64,000 bases of DNA from Thermoanaerobaculia bacterium (GTDB taxonomy: Bacteria; Acidobacteriota; Thermoanaerobaculia; Multivoradales; UBA5704), in assembly GCA_044226625.1 (NCBI GenBank), contig JBGAGQ010000008.1, positions 71,836-135,835 of the forward strand, in the 5' to 3' direction. A model generated the notes under the pieces. It was not told the DNA's origin, did not search any database, and saw nothing but the letters and a program-made list of their open reading frames with translations. The position numbers and the translations under genes were made by a program. Below, piece after piece: positions 1 through 8,816 of the stretch. Numbering within the stretch: position 1 is the stretch's first letter; every line of letters starts with the position of its first letter.

Positions 1-455
1 TCGAAAACCACACGGTCAAACGCGCGCTCACCGATCCGCATCTGTTCTCCGGGATCGGCAACGCCTATTCGGACGAGATCCTCCACCGCGCCAAGATGTC
101 GCCGTTCAAGCAGACGCGCATCCTCTCCGCCGAGGAGGTCGAGCGCCTCTACGACACGATCCGCGCGGTCTGCGCCGAGTGGATCGAGCGTCTGCGCGAG
201 GAGACCGGCGAGGCCTTCCCCGAGGGGGTGACCGCCTTCCGGCCGGGCTTCGCCGTGCATGGCCGCTACGGTCTCCCGTGTCCGGTCTGCGGCACACCGG
301 TGCAGCGGATCGTCTACGCGGACGCGGACATGAACTACTGCCCGACCTGCCAGACCGACGGGCGCCTGCTCGCCGACCGCGCCCTCTCCCAGCTGCTCCG
401 CCAGGACTGGCCTAAGACGCTCGAAGAGCTGGAGGCGAGGAAGCGGGGAGCGTGA
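1..455 (+). CDS. Fpg/Nei family DNA glycosylase/AP lyase, C-terminal part (5' end outside window)
   Basis: Frame 3 is open from the window start: ...[20 protein letters not shown] (H2TH motif), then the CPVC...CPTCQ zinc finger. Confidence 0.9.
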   Translation, partial: ENHTVKRALTDPHLFSGIGNAYSDEILHRAKMSPFKQTRILSAEEVERLYDTIRAVCAEWIERLREETGEAFPEGVTAFRPGFAVHGRYGLPCPVCGTPVQRIVYADADMNYCPTCQTDGRLLADRALSQLLRQDWPKTLEELEARKRGA

Positions 456-644
456 GGGCGACCACGGCCACGCTCGAGTACGGTCGGCCCGGCTCGCTCC
501 TCCCCGATGGACTGCCGTTCGAACCGCCGCACCTCGATCCTCCTTGACCGGCCCCGCGATTGCGGTGTCAACTCAAGTCATCACTCACAAAAGGGCGATG
601 GCGCCCTACGGTTCGGGACCTCGAACGTCCCGGGAGGACTTTCC

Positions 645-1253
645 ATGTACAGCCGCTCTTTCCCTTCCGTCCCGAGGCGTTTCCCGAGGGCCGCCGCGAT
701 GGCGGCGATCGCCGGAACCTTCCTCTTCGCGGCCGCCGCGTCCGCGCAGACGACAGCGACCGTCTATTCGGGGAAGTTCGCCTGCGGCACCGTCTCCGGG
801 ACGCTGCCCAACTCGACCGACGCCACGCCGCCGGCCGCCCAAGTCATCTATCGGGACGTCCAGCCGGGCAGCTATTCGACGGTGATGAACATCGTGCACA
901 CGCCCTATACCCCGCCCGATACCTCCCAGCTCGCGTCGATGAATCTCACGATCCTCGTCGAGGGCCTGGGCGCCACCACGTTCAACCTCGGCTTCGCTCC
1001 GTTCACCGAGAAGAAGATCGGCTGCCCGATCATCACCCAGCACCTCGCCCAGGCGTTCCCGGCGTTCGTCGCCGACGGCCGCTTCGTCGAGGGATACCTT
1101 CATCTCCGGGTGACCTCCGGCGGCCAGCCGGAGTTCCAGGACGTGTCGATCCTCTATTCGAGCGCGGTCCGCATGGGTACGACCGGCGTCGGCTCCTCGA
1201 TGCAGGTGGAGCACCTGGTCGGCAAGACCGTGCCGAACTACGACGTCGAATGA
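645..1253 (+). CDS. Secreted hypothetical protein (YSGKFACG N-terminal motif)
   Basis: GGAGG RBS before ATG 645; signal peptide ending AAASA-Q; two Cys; beta-rich mature part. Confidence 0.7.
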   Translation: MYSRSFPSVPRRFPRAAAMAAIAGTFLFAAAASAQTTATVYSGKFACGTVSGTLPNSTDATPPAAQVIYRDVQPGSYSTVMNIVHTPYTPPDTSQLASMNLTILVEGLGATTFNLGFAPFTEKKIGCPIITQHLAQAFPAFVADGRFVEGYLHLRVTSGGQPEFQDVSILYSSAVRMGTTGVGSSMQVEHLVGKTVPNYDVE

Positions 1254-1264
1254 GGTGACGCCCG

Positions 1265-1490
1265 CCTCGCTACGAGATCCCGAACCATCCGTTCCGGTGC
1301 TCCTCGGCGAGGCGGGCTTCGAGCCTGGCGATGGCGACCTCGAGGGGCACTGCCTCCACAACGCCCGCTTCAAGCTCTCGCTCTCGCCGGTCGGCCAATT
1401 CATCCCAAGCCGCTTCGGCGTCACTACAGACCTCGCTCATGAGATACCGAACCAACCGTTCCGGTGCTCCTCGGCGAGGCGGGCTTCGAG
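1265..1490. repeat. ~60-bp imperfect direct repeat (1265-1323 and 1431-1490) duplicating the 3' end of the HD gene
   Basis: Identical 35-bp core ccgttccggtgctcctcggcgaggcgggcttcgag at 1289-1323 and 1456-1490; remaining coding differences are synonymous plus a different stop codon. Confidence 0.9.
1270..1455 (-). pseudogene. Fragment of a putative addiction-module antitoxin fused to the duplicated HD-protein C-terminus
   Basis: AWDELADRRERELEAGVVEAVPLEVAIARL resembles the C-terminal half of addiction-module antitoxins; ends in LEARLAEEHRNGWFGIS, identical to the neighbouring gene. Confidence 0.55.
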
Positions 1491-2018
1491 GTACTCCCAG
1501 AGGGTCGGACAGCCGGCCTGGACTTCCGGGCCGACGCGGCGCACGACCGTTTCGTAGGCGATGCCGTTTTCCCGCCAGCTCTGGCCGTGGTTCGCGAGGT
1601 TGAGCAGGACCGGCATCGCCCGGTCGATCGCGTGGGCGAAACGGGATTCGGCGGTCTCGCCCGCCTCGAACTCGTGCCAGACCTCGAGGAGGCCGGCGCC
1701 TTCGCCGTCGGGCAACATGCCGAAGATGCGGGTGACCGTTTCGAGCTCCCCCGCTTTCCGCTCGGCGAGCCCTTCCTGGATGAAGAACATCGTGTCGCCG
1801 GTGCCGATCTCACCGACGTCGTGCACGAGCAGCATCCGGATTACCCGGTCGAGGTCCACCGGCTCGATCGCCCGCGGCGCGAGCGACGCCGCGAGCAACG
1901 CGAGCTGCCAGCTGTGCTCCGCCGAGTTTTCGTAGCGGTCGAGGCCGAGCGGCTTGACCTTCCGGGTCACGGTCTTGAGCTTGTCGAGCTCTAGGATGAA
2001 ATCGACGATCGGCTGCAT
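1437..2018 (-). CDS. HD-domain hydrolase (YfbR/HDDC2-like 5'-deoxynucleotidase family)
   Basis: ELDKLK...ENSAEHSW...MLLVHDVGE...GD...EFE...AIDR motifs. Confidence 0.88.
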   Translation of the reverse strand: MQPIVDFILELDKLKTVTRKVKPLGLDRYENSAEHSWQLALLAASLAPRAIEPVDLDRVIRMLLVHDVGEIGTGDTMFFIQEGLAERKAGELETVTRIFGMLPDGEGAGLLEVWHEFEAGETAESRFAHAIDRAMPVLLNLANHGQSWRENGIAYETVVRRVGPEVQAGCPTLWEYLEARLAEEHRNGWFGIS

Positions 2019-2140
2019 GGGGGCTCCCAGGGGCTCGCTCCTCGCGGTGCCCGTCCGCGAGCGCGCGGGAATCGTACATCGGAGCCATCGGCGGCTACCG
2101 GCGCCGATCGCCGCTACCGATTGCGGCCGGACTCCCCCGC

Positions 2141-2477
2141 AAGCCGTCATCCGTCTCCCATCGCCGCCATCGGCCGCCGATCGCCGTCTCCCGCGTCGTA
2201 GAGCCGACATCCGTCCTCGAGAATCGTCATCGACGGCGCCACACGGCGAGCGACCACGGCAAGCCGTTCTACGTCCCCGAATGGGATCGACGGTCCCAGG
2301 AAGGGAGTAGCCGTCCCAGAATGGGAAATCTCGGTCCCGGAATGGGAATTTGCGGTCCCAGATGGGGACGATCCGCCTCAGGCAGGGAACTGCGGTCCCG
2401 GGAAAGGACTATCCGTCCCAGAATGGGAATTTCATGTCCCGGAATGGGAACATACGCCTCGGAATGGGAGTACTGCC
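2141..2477. repeat. Degenerate tandem array with 20-21 bp period
   Basis: GCCG(T/A/C)C(A)T-type units at 2141, 2161, 2181, 2201, 2221, 2261; then 10 GTCCC-N5-GGGA-type units starting 2273, 2293, 2313, 2334, 2355, 2375, 2395, 2415, 2436, 2456. Confidence 0.85.
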
Positions 2478-2603
2478 TTCTCCCGCCACGTTTTAGCGCG
2501 CGCCGAGCGCCAGCGCCCGCGAATCACGCGGCGCGACGCCGGAAAGCGCTCGTAGAGGAAAGCAATGGGCAGGCGGGCTCGGCGAACGCCGATTCGTCGC
2601 CGC

Positions 2604-3323
2604 TTACGGCACTCGGTAGAGCCACTCCAACTCCTGGCGGAGAGAAGCCGCCATCTGCGGGTGCGCCTTGATCTCGGCCCGATTCCCCTCGATCTGCGCC
2701 TTGGCGTCGGATTCGTCGATCGTGAGGTCGCGGATCAGGCGATAGAGGGACAGGCAGAGCTGATCGGCCGCCGGCTCCCCGGTGACCATCAGCCGCAGCC
2801 GCTCCGAGCTCTTCTGTTCGCTCTCGGAGTCCTGGCTCACGAGCAGCCGCGCGGCCTGCAGGAACGCGAGCGGTTCGTCGGGCGAGCGGTCGTAGCAGGC
2901 GGCGAACCCGTCGCGGATCTTCTTGTTGATCTGCTTCGAGTGATGGCGCAGCAGGAATTGCGAGATCGAGTTGTAGATCCCGTCGAAACCGACCCCGAGC
3001 GTGGCGCCCTTGACCGTCAGGTCGAGGATGCTCGACCGGGCGACGAGCAGGTAGCCGAGACCCGCCGCGACGGCGCGGACCATCGGCGCTTGATCGAGCT
3101 TGGTGGCGAGGGTCGGTTCGAGGGCCACGGTTCCGAGGCCGGGCAAGGCGTAATAGACGACCAGGCAGAAGATCGAGTTCAACCCCGCGAAGGCGAGGTA
3201 GGGGCCGGAGAAGAAGATCTCCCGGAAGTTGCGCTCTTGGTATTTGGTGAGAAGCTCGACCGAGCTCAGGGTGACAGCGATAGCCACCGCGACGACGGGA
3301 GCCGTCCACTCGACCGGGTTCAT
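2604..3323 (-). CDS. Hypothetical membrane protein (about 3 TM helices plus helical C-terminal domain)
   Basis: Hydrophobic segments PVVAVAIAVTLSSV, YLAFAGLNSIFCLVVYYAL, VRAVAAGLGYLLVA; normal protein composition. Confidence 0.75.
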   Translation of the reverse strand: MNPVEWTAPVVAVAIAVTLSSVELLTKYQERNFREIFFSGPYLAFAGLNSIFCLVVYYALPGLGTVALEPTLATKLDQAPMVRAVAAGLGYLLVARSSILDLTVKGATLGVGFDGIYNSISQFLLRHHSKQINKKIRDGFAACYDRSPDEPLAFLQAARLLVSQDSESEQKSSERLRLMVTGEPAADQLCLSLYRLIRDLTIDESDAKAQIEGNRAEIKAHPQMAASLRQELEWLYRVP

Positions 3324-3344
3324 GTTCTTGAGGAGCGTGAGGGG

Positions 3345-3554
3345 CTATTGGAGGTGGATCAACGGCATCGAGAAAGGACCGGAGTTGTCGATCCGCACTT
3401 TGCCGCTGTCTCGCAGACCGTTCACCGCGATCTCCACCACGTCGAACGGCAACTCCGCCTCCGAGACGAGCTCGGCGGGCGTCAGCTGGCCGCCGTTGTC
3501 GTGGAGCGCGTTGAGGACTTTTTCCTGGACGTTCAAGGCCTGGAAATAGGTCAT
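3345..3554 (-). CDS. Small winged-helix-like protein (69 aa)
   Basis: GGAGG RBS; QEKVLNALHDNGGQLTPAELVSEAELPFDVVEIAVNGLRDSGKVRI follows a wHTH pattern. Confidence 0.65.
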   Translation of the reverse strand: MTYFQALNVQEKVLNALHDNGGQLTPAELVSEAELPFDVVEIAVNGLRDSGKVRIDNSGPFSMPLIHLQ

Positions 3555-3614
3555 GGAGTTCCTCCGTACGACCGAAACGCAGTTTACCACGCGCCGAATC
3601 GCGAGCGGGAGCAC

Positions 3615-4676
3615 CTAGCAGATGCGCGGCAGCTGCTCCCCGAGCATCATCGGGATCACGCGGGTGCCGCCGATGCCGGTCTTCGCGACCAGGAGACCGG
3701 GGTGGCTGTCGGTGACGCGGCCGATGATCGCCGCCCGCTGTCCGAGGGGATGGGCGCGCAGCGCCGCGAGCGCGGCGTCGGCGTCTTTCGGATCGACGAT
3801 CGCGAGGAGCTTGCCCTCGTTCGCGACGTAGAGGGGATCGAGGCCGAGCAGCTCGCAGGCGGACTGGACGTCCGGGCGAACCGGCAGCGCGCTCTCATCG
3901 AGGGCGATGCCGACGCGCGAACGTCCGGCGAACTCGTTGAGCGAGGAGGCTGCACCGCCGCGCGTGGGATCGCGTAGGGCGCGTACGCCGGGCGCCGCGG
4001 CGAGCAGATCGGCGACCAGGCCGGCGAGGGCCGCCGAATCGCTCTCGATCTCGGTCTCGAAGCGCAGTCCTTCGCGGACGCTCATCACCGCCATACCGTG
4101 GTCGCCCAGGGTCCCGGAGACGAGGACCACGTCGCCCGGCCGCGCGCGGTCGGGACCGATCGACACGCCGTCGGGGACGACCCCCACCCCCGCGGTCGAG
4201 ATGTAACAGCCGTGGCCGTGGCCTCGCTCCACGACTTTCGTGTCGCCGGTCGCGATGCGCACGCCGGCCGCCCGCGCGGCGGCGGCCATCCGCTCGACGA
4301 TCCGGCCGAGGACCGCCATCTCGAGCCCTTCTTCGAGAATGAAGGCGGCCGAGAGATAGAGCGGGCGCGCCCCGGCCATCGCGAGGTCGTTCACCGTGCC
4401 GTGCACCGCGAGATCGCCGATGCAGCCACCGGGGAAAAACAGGGGATGAACTACGAAGGAGTCGGTCGAAAACGCGAGGCGTCCGGTCTGCGGAGGCAGG
4501 AGCGCGGCGTCGCCCAGCTCCTCGAGCTCGGCGTTTCGGAACGCGGGCACGAACAGATGCTCGACCAGCTCGGCCGAGAGCTGGCCTCCGCCGCCGTGGC
4601 CGAGCACCACGCTGGGATAGTCGCGCAGCGGGAGCGGGCAGCTCCACGCGGAGAAATCCGGCGCGTTTACGCTCAC
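3615..4676 (-). CDS. hypE: Hydrogenase maturation protein HypE
   Basis: HGGGG, STDSFVV.PLFFPGG.IG.LAV.GTVND, GDTKVV, RDPTRGG, C-terminal QLPRIC. Confidence 0.97.
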   Translation of the reverse strand: MSVNAPDFSAWSCPLPLRDYPSVVLGHGGGGQLSAELVEHLFVPAFRNAELEELGDAALLPPQTGRLAFSTDSFVVHPLFFPGGCIGDLAVHGTVNDLAMAGARPLYLSAAFILEEGLEMAVLGRIVERMAAAARAAGVRIATGDTKVVERGHGHGCYISTAGVGVVPDGVSIGPDRARPGDVVLVSGTLGDHGMAVMSVREGLRFETEIESDSAALAGLVADLLAAAPGVRALRDPTRGGAASSLNEFAGRSRVGIALDESALPVRPDVQSACELLGLDPLYVANEGKLLAIVDPKDADAALAALRAHPLGQRAAIIGRVTDSHPGLLVAKTGIGGTRVIPMMLGEQLPRIC

Positions 4677-4680
4677 GACC

Positions 4681-5805
4681 TCACGCCTCTGGAGCGGCGG
4701 CGCTCCCCGCGCTCGCGGCGGTGAAGCGGCCGTAGTTGTAGTAGGCGGCGCACGCCCCCTCGGAGGAGACCATCGTCGCGCCGAGCGGCGTGCGCGGCGT
4801 GCACTCCTTCCCGAACGCCGGGCACTGGCTCGGCTTCAAGGTTCCCTGGAGCACCTCGCCCGCGCGGCAGAGCTCCGACTCGCGGGTCCGGATGCCGGAG
4901 ACGTCGAACCGGCTCTCGGCGTCGAAGTCGCGGTAGGCCTCGGCCAGGCGCCAGCCAGATTGGGGAATCGTGCCGATGCCGCGCCAACCGCGATCGGTCA
5001 CCTCGAACACCTGATGGAGCAGGTTCTGGGCCGCCGAGTTGCCGGCCTCGGTCACCACGCGCGGATAGGCGTTCTCCACCCGCGCCTCCCCCGCTTCGAG
5101 CTGGGCGACCGCGCAACGGATGCCGTAGAGCAGGTCGAGCGGCTCGAAGCCGGTGATCACGATCGGTACGCGGCACCTCGCCGCGAGGGGCGGATACTGC
5201 CAGGTGCCCATCACGCTACAGACGTGGCCGGCGGCGAGGAACGCCTGCACCCGGTTGCCCGGCGAGGCCATGATCGCCTCGATCGCCGGGGGGACGAGCA
5301 CGTGCGAGACGAGCATCGAGAAGTTGCGGATCCCCTGCTCTTTGGCGAGGTGGACCGCCATCGCGTTGGCGGGCGCCGTGGTCTCGAAACCGATGCCGAA
5401 GAAGACGACCTGGCGGTCGGGCAGCTCGCGGGCGAGCTTCAAGGCGTCGAGCGGCGAGTAGACGATGCGCACGTCGCCCCCTTCGCTCTTCACCCGGAAC
5501 AGGTCCTTCTCGCTCCCGGGCACGCGCAGCATGTCGCCGAAGCTGCAGAACGTGACCTCGGGCCGCGCGGCGATCGCGAGCGCGCGGTCGATCACCTCGA
5601 GCGGCGTCACGCAAACCGGGCAGCCGGGACCGTGGATCAGCTCGACCCCCTGCGGCAGCAGCTGATCGATGCCGTTCCTCAGGATCGAGTGGGTCTGGCC
5701 CCCGCAGACCTCCATGATCGCCCACGGCCGGGTCACCAGCGCTCGGATCTCGCCGGCCAGCCGCCGGGCCGTCTCGCCGTCACGGAACTCGGTGAGGTAC
5801 TTCAT
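4681..5805 (-). CDS. hypD: Hydrogenase maturation protein HypD
   Basis: [34 protein letters not shown] motifs. Confidence 0.97.
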   Translation of the reverse strand: MKYLTEFRDGETARRLAGEIRALVTRPWAIMEVCGGQTHSILRNGIDQLLPQGVELIHGPGCPVCVTPLEVIDRALAIAARPEVTFCSFGDMLRVPGSEKDLFRVKSEGGDVRIVYSPLDALKLARELPDRQVVFFGIGFETTAPANAMAVHLAKEQGIRNFSMLVSHVLVPPAIEAIMASPGNRVQAFLAAGHVCSVMGTWQYPPLAARCRVPIVITGFEPLDLLYGIRCAVAQLEAGEARVENAYPRVVTEAGNSAAQNLLHQVFEVTDRGWRGIGTIPQSGWRLAEAYRDFDAESRFDVSGIRTRESELCRAGEVLQGTLKPSQCPAFGKECTPRTPLGATMVSSEGACAAYYNYGRFTAASAGSAAAPEA

Positions 5806-5824
5806 GACGCCGCCTCCTGGACGC

Positions 5825-5999
5825 GGGAAGGGGCCCGGGGAAATCTCTTCTGCGGGCGCCCCCTCGTAACTCGCTTCGCTCAAACAGACTCGGGGGCGTC
5901 CTCGAAGAGATTTCCCCCGGGTCCCTTCCCTAGAACCCTCCCTCGGTGCTCACCCACGCTCAGACAGACTCGGGGGCGTCCTCGGAGAGATTCCCCCGG
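5825..5999. repeat. REP/MITE-like long hairpin (5825-5930) plus partial direct copy (5957-5999) between hypC and hypD
   Basis: Arms 5825-5863 and 5892-5930 are near-perfect reverse complements around a loop containing AACTCGCTTCGCTCAAACA; cgctca(a/g)acagactcgggggcgtcctcg.agagatt recurs 80 bp later. Confidence 0.8.
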
Positions 6000-6063
6000 C
6001 CTGGCACCGACCTGCCAATTTCGTTGCCCATCGAAGGGCAAGATTGAATCAAGCCGAGCTGGG

Positions 6064-6324
6064 TTAGTTGGCCGCCTCCGCCCCACCCAGCTCCTCTTCG
6101 AGCAGACCCAGCTCGCGAAACTGGCGCAGGGTCTCCATCGCGGAGGCCTCGTCGATCCGGCTGATCGCGAAGCCGACGTGGACGATCGCATAATCGCCCA
6201 CCACCGCGTCCGGCAGGTAGGCGAGGCAGACCTCTTTCGTGATGCCGCCGAAGTCGAGGCGCGCCATGCGCGTCCCGCCCCCTTCGTAGATCTCGGTGAT
6301 GCGGCCCGGTACCGCGAGGCACAT
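6064..6324 (-). CDS. hypC: Hydrogenase chaperone HypC
   Basis: MCLAVPG N-terminus, GDYAIVHVGFAI. Confidence 0.97.
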   Translation of the reverse strand: MCLAVPGRITEIYEGGGTRMARLDFGGITKEVCLAYLPDAVVGDYAIVHVGFAISRIDEASAMETLRQFRELGLLEEELGGAEAAN

Positions 6325-6328
6325 GGCG

Positions 6329-7489
6329 CTACTCCTGTCGGGAAAGATCCCAGAGCATGACGCGATTGTTGCCTGAATCGGCGATCGCCAGGCGGTCGCC
6401 GTCGAGGCAGATCCCATACGGCCAGCAGAGCGTGTCGGAGCGCACCGCCTGCCAGCGGTTCTCGCCGTTGCCGGCGAAATCGGCTTGGCCGATCACCCGG
6501 TCGGCGGGCGCGCCGCATTCGAGCGGCGCTCCGCGCCAGAGCAGGATCCGGTTGTTCGCGGTGTCCGCCACCGCCAATCGTCGGCCGTCGCTCGCCAGAG
6601 CATACGGAAAACGGAGCGTCGAGGCGCTCTGCGGCGCGTACGGGAACTCGCCCGCCGCCAAGAGGTCGGTCTGGCCCAGGGCGAAGTCGGCCTCGCGGTC
6701 TCCCTCCCCATCCCGCGGTCCGCCGACCCAGCCGAGCACACGGTGGTTGCCGGCGTCGGCGACATAGGTCACCCCCGCGGCGCCGACGATCGCGTGGGGC
6801 CAGCGAAACGAGCGCCCGGACGGCGCGCCGCCCCGGTTCTCGTCGGACGACAGGAAATCGGGCTGCCCGAGCACCGCGTCGGCCGCGCGGTCGCGCTCCG
6901 GCAGGCCGCGCCAGGCGAGGACGCGGCGGTTGCCGGTGTCGGCGACGTAGAACCAGCCCTCGACCCACCCGAGGCCGTAGGGCCAGTAGAGGCCGGCAGC
7001 CGAGACCGCGCCGCCCCGGTTCGGTTCGACCGAAGACAAATCGACCTGCCCGAGCGCCCAATCCGGCGCCTGGTCCGAACGGTCGGGAATTCGATCCCAG
7101 ATCAGAACGCGGTGATGCCAGGCGTCGGCCACGACCAGCCGTCCGTCGATCACGGCGAGGCCGGTGGGCAGATGGAAGCCGTTCTCCGGCCCGCGCCCTG
7201 CCCCCTTCGGACCTTCGCTCTCCGCCGACGGCTGACCGAGGATCACGTCGGCGGCCGCCCCGTCGTCCGTCGGAACGCCGTGCCAGAGCAGCAGCCGGTG
7301 GTTGCCCGAATCGGCGACCGCGAGCAGATCGCCGGAGAGGAAGACGCCGCGCGGCGCATAGAGCTGGCTCGCCGTCGGCGTGCCGCTCGGCAGGGCGAGA
7401 CCGCCCGGCGCGGGCGCCCCGACTCGGACGGGTGTTTTCGCCTCGACGCCGGTCCGATCGAGCTCGATCCCCGAGGGTCCGTTTCCCAT
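6329..7489 (-). CDS. NHL-repeat beta-propeller protein (group 2a hydrogenase accessory)
   Basis: Repeated VADSGNHR/VADTGNRR/ADAGNHR...LGQ units; position upstream of hypC. Confidence 0.9.
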   Translation of the reverse strand: MGNGPSGIELDRTGVEAKTPVRVGAPAPGGLALPSGTPTASQLYAPRGVFLSGDLLAVADSGNHRLLLWHGVPTDDGAAADVILGQPSAESEGPKGAGRGPENGFHLPTGLAVIDGRLVVADAWHHRVLIWDRIPDRSDQAPDWALGQVDLSSVEPNRGGAVSAAGLYWPYGLGWVEGWFYVADTGNRRVLAWRGLPERDRAADAVLGQPDFLSSDENRGGAPSGRSFRWPHAIVGAAGVTYVADAGNHRVLGWVGGPRDGEGDREADFALGQTDLLAAGEFPYAPQSASTLRFPYALASDGRRLAVADTANNRILLWRGAPLECGAPADRVIGQADFAGNGENRWQAVRSDTLCWPYGICLDGDRLAIADSGNNRVMLWDLSRQE

Positions 7490-7497
7490 ACGCGGGT

Positions 7498-8424
7498 CTA
7501 CTCGGGCCTCACGTAGATCGTCCCCCGCTCGACGCGCAGTGGATAGGGCTCGAGCTGCGCCTGCGGCGCGGTCAGGCATTCGCCCGTGCGCCCGTCGAAA
7601 CGGAAGCCGTGCCAGGGGCAGGAGATCGTCCGTCCAGACACGTCGACCAGGCCGCCGTCGACCGGCAAGCCCTGGTGGGCACAGGCGTTCTTGAACGCGT
7701 AGAGCGCGTCGCCGAAACGCAGCAGCACGGCGCTGCCGTCGGCGGTCTCCAGGCGGTAGGGCTTACCCTCCTCGACCGCGTCGGCGGCGGGACCTTCCAC
7801 CCAGCCCTGGTCCTCCAGCCGGACGTCCGCCCGGCGGCGCAACGCGTCGAGCGACACGAACCCCGCGGTCGGCTCGCCGCTGGTCGGTACCACCCGCTCG
7901 ATCTCCGGCACGTGGGTGCGGAGCGCTTCCTCCACCCCTTGCCGCAGCGTCGTCGCCGACATCGAACAGCCGTGGCAGGCGCCGGAGAGGCGCACGGTCG
8001 CCGTCGTCCCCTCGATCTCGACCAGCTCGACGTCGCCGCCGTGCGATCGGAGAAACGGGCGCACTTGGTCGAGGGCGCGCTCCACCCGCGTGCGCAGATC
8101 CGCCCGCACCAGGCCGTGCATGGCGAACAGGGCGTAGATCGAGGGCTCGTCGACGAACTCGTAGAGGATCTCCGCGCCGCGCGGATCGGCCTTGAGCGCG
8201 CGCACGATCCGCGTGAGCCCCTCTTTGTGGAACGCCTCGATCGCGCGGCGCAGCTCGACCGCCGGTTCGCGCGCGGAGGTCTCGAGCGCGTCAACCGCGG
8301 CGATCGCGCGGTCGACGCGCGACGCGAGCCGGTCGAGCTCGGACTCGGCCGGTCTCTCGGCCGGTCTCTCGGCCGGTAACCCGGCGTTCGGGGGATCGAT
8401 CCTGTTTTCCGTCACGGAGCTCAT
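7498..8424 (-). CDS. NifU-C plus Rieske [2Fe-2S] protein (HucE-like)
   Basis: VRPFLRSHGGDVEL...GACHGCSMS (NifU-C); CAH...CPWHG (Rieske). Confidence 0.9.
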   Translation of the reverse strand: MSSVTENRIDPPNAGLPAERPAERPAESELDRLASRVDRAIAAVDALETSAREPAVELRRAIEAFHKEGLTRIVRALKADPRGAEILYEFVDEPSIYALFAMHGLVRADLRTRVERALDQVRPFLRSHGGDVELVEIEGTTATVRLSGACHGCSMSATTLRQGVEEALRTHVPEIERVVPTSGEPTAGFVSLDALRRRADVRLEDQGWVEGPAADAVEEGKPYRLETADGSAVLLRFGDALYAFKNACAHQGLPVDGGLVDVSGRTISCPWHGFRFDGRTGECLTAPQAQLEPYPLRVERGTIYVRPE

Positions 8425-8816
8425 TCGACGATCTCACGATCCGGCTCGGTGCTCGAGAACGCGGCGCTCCGTTCGAGCGCCTCTTCGGCCTTGGCGCGCA
8501 AGAGATCGGCAAAAGCGGCGCGGGCGAGCGCCTGGAGCGTCTCGCCGACCGTGCCCCGCGGCGCGACACCCGCGGGCGCCGGCCGGCGCTCGAGCGCCTG
8601 GAGCACGAACGAGGCGCCGGCCGCGTCGCCGAGCAAAAACTCCTCGAACAGCGCGCCGCAAAACTCCGCGAGCCAGATCCCGGGCCCGTCCGGATCGCGG
8701 CGCAGCCGCTCGAGCGCCGGGGCGGCGCCGCCGTTGCGCTGCTCCAGCCGCTCGACATATCGCTCGACCGCGGTCGCGAACAGGAAATCGAACTGCTGTC
8801 GCGCGTAGAGGTCCAT
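8421..8816 (-). CDS. Hypothetical protein of the hydrogenase cluster (131 aa)
   Basis: ATG at 8816 coupled to the upstream stop; MDLYARQQFDFLFATAVERYVERL...; stop overlaps the next start. Confidence 0.75.
   Translation of the reverse strand: MDLYARQQFDFLFATAVERYVERLEQRNGGAAPALERLRRDPDGPGIWLAEFCGALFEEFLLGDAAGASFVLQALERRPAPAGVAPRGTVGETLQALARAAFADLLRAKAEEALERSAAFSSTEPDREIVE

Noticed and set aside
1265-1490. Diversity-generating retroelement TR/VR pair
   Set aside because: No reverse transcriptase in the window; differences are few, synonymous and not adenine-specific.
2273-2477. CRISPR array interpretation of the palindromic repeats (also 39953-40206)
   Set aside because: Units are ~13-14 bp and degenerate, linkers only 6-7 bp, and there are no cas genes in the window.
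2321-2671. ORF across the repeat array
   Set aside because: Mixed 20/21-bp units shift frame relative to the repeat, and the composition is not protein-like.
8346-8377. 12-bp tandem repeat cggccggtctct
   Set aside because: In-frame PAER repeat in a probably disordered N-terminal linker; ordinary slippage.
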